Sequence record: CAXMZX020001200.1
Strand: one strand, 5' to 3'
Length of the DNA: 24,925 nt
Shown here: positions 17,307 to 24,925 of the stretch, in pieces
Layout: every line of letters begins with the position of its first letter
Position numbering within the stretch: position 1 is the stretch's first letter
Program-made: the position numbers and the translations under genes
The notes under the pieces: generated by a model
Database searches by the model: none
The model's input: the letters and a program-made list of their open reading frames with translations, nothing else
Told to the model about the DNA's origin: nothing

Positions 17307-17690
17307 CTATTTAGTTTTATTTTTCTTTAAAAAAAGAGCTAAAAGCTTTGCATTTAGATTGGTTGTCTTGTCGCTTTTAAAAATATCGGCGGAGTACCAA
17401 AAGCTATTTATAGATAGCCCGAGGCAATTCATTTTTTTCATTATCTCAGGCGTATTTAACCTTAAATCTTTTAAGTCGTCATAAATTATTATAACAAGAG
17501 GGTAACCTACTCCAAGTACAGGCGGTTTTAAATATAAGGGTATAAAATACAATTTGGCGTTGATCAAAGATAATCGTATTTCATCTATTTCATAAGTTTT
17601 CAAATTACTACCGTTAAAAAGGGCAAATGTTTTTTTTTTTGTCAAGAAAAATCGTTTTCTCCTTAGGTGTCTCTTTCTAGGTGTAAACAT
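17307..17690 (-). CDS. Unassigned ORF (127 aa) joined to the rpl16 stop codon; possibly a very divergent ribosomal protein
   Basis: Its ATG (17688-17690) overlaps the rpl16 TAA by 1 nt (TAATG), the same junction seen at rpl6/rps2. The N-terminus is basic (MFTPRKRHLRRKRFFLTKKK). No recognisable motif. The position recalls the orf130-class ORF of brown algal mtDNAs (from memory). Confidence 0.5.
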   Translation of the reverse strand: MFTPRKRHLRRKRFFLTKKKTFALFNGSNLKTYEIDEIRLSLINAKLYFIPLYLKPPVLGVGYPLVIIIYDDLKDLRLNTPEIMKKMNCLGLSINSFWYSADIFKSDKTTNLNAKLLALFLKKNKTK

Positions 17691-18103
17691 TAAAGTTGGG
17701 AAATTTTCAGTTTCATTGGTAGCTTCTTTGACCCAGACTGTAAAGCAGGAATACCCTGTTCAGCGTCAATACCATATAAAATAAGTACGGGCCTGCCGGC
17801 TTTTATAGGGACGACCCAGTGGTCTACTTTACCCTTACCTTTACCCATACGTGCCGCTGAGGCTTTTTTACTTATCGCAATATCAGGAAAAGCAAGAATT
17901 TGTAATTTTCCTTCCCGTTTAACTTTGCGTCGAATATTTTGTCGTGCTGCTTCTATTTGTTTTACGTTTAAAAAGCCAGATTCTATAGCGATTAAAGCAA
18001 AAGAGTTTGATTCGTTTAATTTTTGTGTTTTAGTCGATATATTTGGAATTCCTCGTGGTTTAAAGTATTTTCGATATTTTGTTTTATTTGGTTGTGTTGG
18101 CAT
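17690..18103 (-). CDS. rpl16: Ribosomal protein L16
   Basis: MPTQPNKTKYRKYFKPRG...IEAARQNIRRKVKREGKLQILAFPDIAISKKASAARMGKGKGKVDHWVVPIKAGRPVLIL is a classic L16 sequence. Confidence 0.93.
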   Translation of the reverse strand: MPTQPNKTKYRKYFKPRGIPNISTKTQKLNESNSFALIAIESGFLNVKQIEAARQNIRRKVKREGKLQILAFPDIAISKKASAARMGKGKGKVDHWVVPIKAGRPVLILYGIDAEQGIPALQSGSKKLPMKLKISQL

Positions 18104-18109
18104 ATATCG

Positions 18110-18931
18110 TTATGAGCACACCCAAACCTTTACACCTACGCTACCATAAGCTGTTTGAGTTTGGGTGTATTCGGCGTGTATATTTTTATCTAAATTGCTT
18201 AAAGGCATAGATCCAATTTGATGCTTCCAGCATTGACTTCTACCTTTTGCTTTGTGAGTAAAACGACCTTTAATTTGTATTTTTAAACCCTGTATTTTTT
18301 TATACCTTTCTAACGACTTTAAAGCTTTTTTAATATAACCCAAAAATTGATAATGGCGTTTCCTTCTTTGTCTTGATCGTATATTTTGCTTTAAAAATCT
18401 TGCAAAACTAGCCGGGCTAGCTTTTTTTAGTAGGAGTAAATACATAAGCTGTAAACCATAGCGTGCATAATCGTATCTGGATTTGTTAAAACTTTTACCA
18501 TAGAAAGTCATTTGCTTTCGTGCGGGTTGCGGTACTGAACGTGTATAGCTTTTCAACCTATTAATTTTAAGCTTTATCTTTTGTGTTTTAGAAAACCGCT
18601 GTATCAATCGCATTGCTTTATGTAATCGGCACGCAACTATTGTCCAAGACTGTGGCTTAACTTTTTTTTTATTTTCTTTGTGTCGTCTAGAAAAAACCTG
18701 TTTTTGGGACCTCAAATGCAAATGAATTAAATTTATTTCGATATAAATTAATCCTAAATGTCTGTGCACCTCTAATTTGTCTAAATAATGATTAGTTTCT
18801 AAGCAGCAAGACTCTATAAGTCTATGAGTATTTGATGTTATGTAATAAAATCTTGCTTCGTCCCAACTAGCAGATCCTTTGTATAGATCTACCTTAGGAC
18901 GTAAAATATTTGGATTAGTCTTTTGAGCCAT
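18110..18931 (-). CDS. rps3: Ribosomal protein S3
   Basis: N-terminal MAQKTNPNILR (compare GQKxNPxxxR) and C-terminal YTQTQTAYGSVGVKVWV (compare GxxGiKVWI). Located between rps19 and rpl16. Confidence 0.85.
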   Translation of the reverse strand: MAQKTNPNILRPKVDLYKGSASWDEARFYYITSNTHRLIESCCLETNHYLDKLEVHRHLGLIYIEINLIHLHLRSQKQVFSRRHKENKKKVKPQSWTIVACRLHKAMRLIQRFSKTQKIKLKINRLKSYTRSVPQPARKQMTFYGKSFNKSRYDYARYGLQLMYLLLLKKASPASFARFLKQNIRSRQRRKRHYQFLGYIKKALKSLERYKKIQGLKIQIKGRFTHKAKGRSQCWKHQIGSMPLSNLDKNIHAEYTQTQTAYGSVGVKVWVCS

Positions 18932-19198
18932 TTAAAATTTTTTTTTTAAACCTTTTTTTATTTTAGGTTTGAAGGTTTTTCGAGTTGTAACAAATTCTCC
19001 TAATTTATGACCAACCATCTCAGATTTAATTTTACGTGTAACCATATTTTTACCATTATGTATTGGTAATTTTAATCCGACAGCCGCCGGGTAAATTGTG
19101 GAGCGTCTCGACCATGTTGGTTTTTTTTCATGGTCGGGTTTTAATCTTTTTAAAAGGCTTTTGTCTATAAAGGGTGTTTTCCAGTTAGATCTTGACAT
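18932..19198 (-). CDS. rps19: Ribosomal protein S19
   Basis: 88-aa ORF with SRRSTIYPAAVGLKLPIHNGKNMVTRKIKSEMVGHKLGEFVTTRK (S19 core: vHnGk......i...MvGhklGEF..TR). Confidence 0.92.
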   Translation of the reverse strand: MSRSNWKTPFIDKSLLKRLKPDHEKKPTWSRRSTIYPAAVGLKLPIHNGKNMVTRKIKSEMVGHKLGEFVTTRKTFKPKIKKGLKKKF

Positions 19199-19949
19199 TA
19201 GGTTTGGGTTTTACTCTAAATCGTCGAGTAGACGGCCCTTTTGTAGGCTTTCCCCAAGGAGTTACAGATGGTCGTCCGCCTGATGTTTTACCCTCTCCAC
19301 CGCCATGTGGATGGTCTATAGGATTCATAGCAACACCACGAACTATCGGTCGACGGCCTAACCATCGCGACCGGCCAGCCTTTTCGAGCTTTTTAAAGCG
19401 TGAATCAGGGTTGCTAACGACACCATTTGTCGCTATCGTTCTTATATCAAACCATCTGGATTGTCCGGATTTTAGTTTAATTTTAGCTAAGCTTTTAGTT
19501 CTTTTAAGAATTAAGCCGTAAGCTCCCGGTGCTCTTAAAATTTTAGCATCATTGCCGGGAGATAAACTTAAATTATGTATAAAGCTACCAGTCATTATAT
19601 TACCTAAGCTTTTACTGTGTCCATTTTGTACGCCATTACGTTTCGAATTTGATCTTATGACGTCTCCCTTTTGTATTTCCGTAGGCGCTATAATATAATT
19701 ATTTGTTTTTGTGTCAGGATTAAAAATCCTAGCTAAAAAAGCTGATCGGTTAGGGTCATATTCTAATCCAATTACCATCCCCTGTGTATGTTTTCTTTTA
19801 AGATCTATCTCCCTATATAATTTATTGTGTCCCCCCCCGCGGTGCCAGGCTGTTATGCGTCCTTTATTATTGCGACCGGTTGAAGAATTCCAAGATTTTG
19901 TTTGTGATTTTAAAGCTTTCGGGATAAAAAATGGGTTATTTCTTTTCAT
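19185..19949 (-). CDS. rpl2: Ribosomal protein L2
   Basis: RGGGHNKLYREID, GRSRWLGRRPIVRGVAMNPIDHPHGGGEGKTSGGRPSVTPWGKPT. Overlaps rps19 by 14 nt. Confidence 0.95.
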   Translation of the reverse strand: MKRNNPFFIPKALKSQTKSWNSSTGRNNKGRITAWHRGGGHNKLYREIDLKRKHTQGMVIGLEYDPNRSAFLARIFNPDTKTNNYIIAPTEIQKGDVIRSNSKRNGVQNGHSKSLGNIMTGSFIHNLSLSPGNDAKILRAPGAYGLILKRTKSLAKIKLKSGQSRWFDIRTIATNGVVSNPDSRFKKLEKAGRSRWLGRRPIVRGVAMNPIDHPHGGGEGKTSGGRPSVTPWGKPTKGPSTRRFRVKPKPNVKI

Positions 19950-19971
19950 ATAATATATTAAAACTCTATTT

Positions 19972-20331
19972 ATGCCTTATATTGTCGGTACCTCTATACC
20001 AGAAGATAAAGTTTTGGTGCAGTCTGTAGGCCATATTTATGGCCTAGGCTTTACACAGTCAATAAGTTTATGCAAAAAAGCCGGATTTGGTTCAGATTCC
20101 CGGGGTCGTCACGTCAGTTTTAGTAAAGGAAAACTTTTGGGAAATTTAGCTGAGGCCACCCCTCTTCCTTTAGGCGCAGATTTACGCCGATTCACCAATG
20201 ATAAGATTAAACGGTTATGCTCTTTGTCGACCTACCGGGGGTCTCGTCATCGTAAGGGCCTGCCTGTACGAGGTCAGCGTACTCATACAAATGCTAAAAA
20301 AAGGCCTCCTTTTAAGTTTAATGCTAATTAA
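19972..20331 (+). CDS. rps13: Ribosomal protein S13
   Basis: 119-aa ORF with IYGLG......LCKKAG and STYRGSRHRKGLPVRGQRTHTNAKKR (S13 C-terminal signature). Confidence 0.9.
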   Translation: MPYIVGTSIPEDKVLVQSVGHIYGLGFTQSISLCKKAGFGSDSRGRHVSFSKGKLLGNLAEATPLPLGADLRRFTNDKIKRLCSLSTYRGSRHRKGLPVRGQRTHTNAKKRPPFKFNAN

Positions 20332-20785
20332 AACATCTATTTGGTATTCTAAGTTAAGTTGTTTAAAAAAAAACTTTAACAGCCTTTCCACAGAGAATTC
20401 TTTAAAGATAGGTAATGTATTCGTGAAGAGTACAAATAAAAATATTTTTTGTACTTTACTGGATTTTAAAGATAAAAAGGTAAAAACTAGTTGCTCATTA
20501 CGGGTTCCTGAGTATAAAAATGAATTTAATGAACGGGTAAGCTTATTTAAACGTGGAGTTCTTTTAGGTCAACTTTTTGGGGATAAAATTAGTGAATTAG
20601 GTTATACAGAAGTTTATATTTATCTCGATTATGGAATCAATAAAGCGCGTAAGGGCGTAGTTAAAGGTATTGGTGAAAAAAAAATTAAAATTTCTTTTAT
20701 ACGACTTATTAAGGGGTATCCTCATAATGGTTGTCGTCCGGCAAAATTACGTAGAAAAAAGGTACGTACAAAGCACAAGGCATAA
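20321..20785 (+). CDS. rps11: Ribosomal protein S11 (start uncertain: ATG 20321 or 20291)
   Basis: VFVKSTNKNIFCTLLD... and the C-terminal IRLIKGYPHNGCRPAKLRRKKVRTK (compare D.TPiPHNGCRp.K.RR) are S11 signatures. The ORF-track start at 20198 lies deep inside rps13. Confidence 0.85.
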   Translation: MLIKTSIWYSKLSCLKKNFNSLSTENSLKIGNVFVKSTNKNIFCTLLDFKDKKVKTSCSLRVPEYKNEFNERVSLFKRGVLLGQLFGDKISELGYTEVYIYLDYGINKARKGVVKGIGEKKIKISFIRLIKGYPHNGCRPAKLRRKKVRTKHKA

Positions 20786-20797
20786 CTGTTTTTATTT

Positions 20798-20878
20798 GAA
20801 GGGGTGACTGAGTGGTTAATAGTGGCAGATTGTAAATCTGTTGGTTTACCATCGTAGGTTCGAATCCTACCTCCTTCT
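20798..20878 (+). tRNA. trnY: tRNA-Tyr (anticodon GUA), long variable arm
   Basis: Acceptor gaagggg/ctccttc, D region tgactgagtggtt, anticodon stem gcaga/tctgt, loop ttgtaaa, T arm gtagg-ttcgaat-cctac. Confidence 0.82.
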
Positions 20879-20890
20879 TGTTCATTTTTA

Positions 20891-21709
20891 ATGAAATCTA
20901 CAGCTAAAATGATTCAACGACATCCATTTCATTTAGTTGATCCAAGTCCTTGGCCTTTAGTTGCCGCGTTAGGAGGCTTGAGTTTAACTTTTGGTGGAGT
21001 GTTATTTATGCATAACTACGAGGGTGGAGGGGAATTACTTTGTTTAGGTTTTTTTACGATTTTATACGTAATGTTTACTTGGTGGAGAGATGTAATTCGG
21101 GAAGCTTTATTTGAGGGTCAGCACACTTTAGCGGTACAACAGGGCTTGCGTATGGGGATGATTCTTTTTATTGTTTCAGAAATAATGTTCTTTTTTGCAT
21201 TTTTTTGGGCTTTTTTTACCTCATCTATTTCTCCAGTTTTTAATATTGGTGGCGTGTGGCCACCCACAGATGTTGTTGCAATTAGTCCGTGGGGCTTACC
21301 TTTCTTAAATACAATTTTACTTTTATCCTCTGGTGCCAGCGTTACATGGGCACATCACGCAATTGTAGGGGGTTTAAAAAAAGAAGCAATGCAAGGACTG
21401 AGTGTAACCTTAGCCTTCGCTATTGCTTTCACGGCTATGCAAGGTTTTGAGTATTCGGGTGCTCCTTTTGGTATGTCTGATGGAGTCTACGGGTCTGTTT
21501 TTTATATGGCTACAGGTTTTCACGGCTTTCATGTTATTATAGGTACAATTTTCTTATTTATTTGTACCATTCGGTTATACCTATCTCATTTCAGTTGTCA
21601 GCATCATTTTGGGTTTGAGGCCGCGGCGTGGTATTGGCATTTTGTTGATGTTGTCTGGTTATTTCTTTTTCTTACTATTTATTGGTGGGGCTTTAATATA
21701 ACTGTTTAG
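20891..21709 (+). CDS. cox3: Cytochrome c oxidase subunit 3
   Basis: [60 protein letters not shown]. Confidence 0.97.
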   Translation: MKSTAKMIQRHPFHLVDPSPWPLVAALGGLSLTFGGVLFMHNYEGGGELLCLGFFTILYVMFTWWRDVIREALFEGQHTLAVQQGLRMGMILFIVSEIMFFFAFFWAFFTSSISPVFNIGGVWPPTDVVAISPWGLPFLNTILLLSSGASVTWAHHAIVGGLKKEAMQGLSVTLAFAIAFTAMQGFEYSGAPFGMSDGVYGSVFYMATGFHGFHVIIGTIFLFICTIRLYLSHFSCQHHFGFEAAAWYWHFVDVVWLFLFLTIYWWGFNITV

Positions 21710-21851
21710 TTATTAAGGATAAGTGAAGATTGTTTTAATTCGTTATTAAAGTTTTACTTAAGGCTAGATAATACTTAACTTTACTAGCCTTTACATTAAA
21801 TATTTATACAAGTTATTTTAAAAAGTATATAGTTTTGTTTTACATTCGTTT

Positions 21852-22601
21852 ATGTTTAATAGTCCTTTAGAACAATTTGAAATACTCCCTTTGTTAAGCT
21901 TCGGTGCAAATCTATTTGATTTTTCGATCACTAATGCAATGTTGACAACATGTGTTAGCTTATCCTTTTTTTTGTTTTTGTTTTATTGCCTTTTTTCTTA
22001 TGGGTTAAATTCTTTCCCCACTAGATGGCAATTAGTTTTAGAAGGCTTATATACAAGTACAGCTGGTTTAGTGTGGGATAGCGTAGGACCCCGCGGCCAA
22101 AAGTATTTCCCCTTTTTATTTGTTATTTTTAGTTTTATTTTAATATCTAATGTTTCAGGTCTGGTACCATATTCTTTTACTATAACTAGTCATCTTATTC
22201 AAACTATGGTTCTTGCACTCACTGTTTTTATTGGGGTAATAATTATTTGTGCTTCCGCACATGGATTTCATATGTTAAGTTTGTTTCTTCCTGGGGGGAC
22301 GTCTATAGTTTTAGCTTTCTTATTGGTGCCCATTGAAATCGTTTCCTATGTTTTTAAGCCTCTTAGTCTAGCGGTTCGTCTTTTTGCTAATATGATGGCA
22401 GGTCATACTTTACTTAAAGTAATCGCGGGCTTCGCTTGGGCTATGATGGGCAGTGGGGGGCTTCTGTTAATTGCTCATATCGTACCTTTGGGTGTTCTGG
22501 TGATTCTTTTTGGTTTGGAGCTGGCTGTTGCCTTGATTCAGGCTTATGTATTTACAATTTTAAGTTGTATTTATATAAATGATGCTATTGTTCTTCATTA
22601 G
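21852..22601 (+). CDS. atp6: ATP synthase F0 subunit 6 (subunit a)
   Basis: SPLEQFEI N-terminus, VPYSFTITSHL, LSLAVRLFANMMAGHTLLKV, ELAVALIQAYVFTIL. Confidence 0.96.
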   Translation: MFNSPLEQFEILPLLSFGANLFDFSITNAMLTTCVSLSFFLFLFYCLFSYGLNSFPTRWQLVLEGLYTSTAGLVWDSVGPRGQKYFPFLFVIFSFILISNVSGLVPYSFTITSHLIQTMVLALTVFIGVIIICASAHGFHMLSLFLPGGTSIVLAFLLVPIEIVSYVFKPLSLAVRLFANMMAGHTLLKVIAGFAWAMMGSGGLLLIAHIVPLGVLVILFGLELAVALIQAYVFTILSCIYINDAIVLH

Positions 22602-22658
22602 TTATAGAATAAGTTCTTTATAGAGTGTACTGATTTTGAAGTATCTTTTTAAATCAAA

Positions 22659-22731
22659 GCATTTTTAGCTCAGTGGATAGAGCATCGGTCTTCTAAATCG
22701 TGGGTCGTAGGTTCAAATCCTATAAAATGTT
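22659..22731 (+). tRNA. trnR: tRNA-Arg (anticodon UCU)
   Basis: Acceptor gcatttt/aaaatgt (G1:U72), D stem gctc/gagc, anticodon loop cttctaa, T arm gtagg-ttcaaat-cctat. Confidence 0.8.
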
Positions 22732-22735
22732 ACGA

Positions 22736-24925
<2,190 letters not shown>

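Noticed and set aside
17925-19953. Plus-strand ORFs 17925-18149, 19098-19283, 19192-19521 and 19711-19953.
   Set aside because: They are antisense to the strongly conserved rpl16, rps3, rps19 and rpl2 genes and have no motifs.
21760-21791. 8-bp inverted repeat aaggctag/ctagcctt with a 16-nt loop in the cox3-atp6 spacer.
   Set aside because: It is short with an AT-rich context and is compatible with chance. It might be a processing hairpin, but the evidence is too thin to call.

Overview
This window looks like a compact algal mitochondrial genome segment. The gene set and order are stramenopile or brown-alga-like. The code is standard: TGA ends rps8, rps12 and tatC, and trnW carries anticodon CCA.

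Layout, left to right:
- A large-subunit rRNA gene (about 1-6621) split by four ORF-less group II introns.
- A block of 10 tRNA genes with atp9 embedded in it.
- rps8-rpl6-rps2-rps4-nad1 on the + strand, then tatC on the - strand, then trnW.
- A roughly 2.7 kb accessory-looking region (12084-14750) holding a structured spacer and three unassigned ORFs of 267, 375 and 40 aa.
- trnM/I-trnQ-trnL, then rps12-rps7-nad4L-rpl14-rpl5-trnG.
- A minus-strand block: rpl2-rps19-rps3-rpl16-ORF127.
- rps13-rps11-trnY-cox3-atp6-trnR-nad2 and the 5' part of cox1, which runs off the window.

Most unusual items:
- The quadruply split rnl, including a 58-nt mini-exon in the peptidyl-transferase centre and one intron with a possible HNH-like ORF remnant.
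- The orphan ORF pair. ORF375 is locally GC-rich, has predicted membrane segments, and carries five tandem 30-bp repeats.
- A perfect 24-bp hairpin after trnK.
- A tRNA-like remnant between nad4L and rpl14.

From memory, four group II introns in rnl and conserved orphan ORFs of about 41, 130 and 377 codons are reported for brown algal mtDNAs (Pylaiella, Laminariales). I cannot verify the species or that homology without a database search. All coordinates come from manual reading. tRNA folds were checked by hand, and the rRNA alignment uses E. coli 23S recalled from memory.
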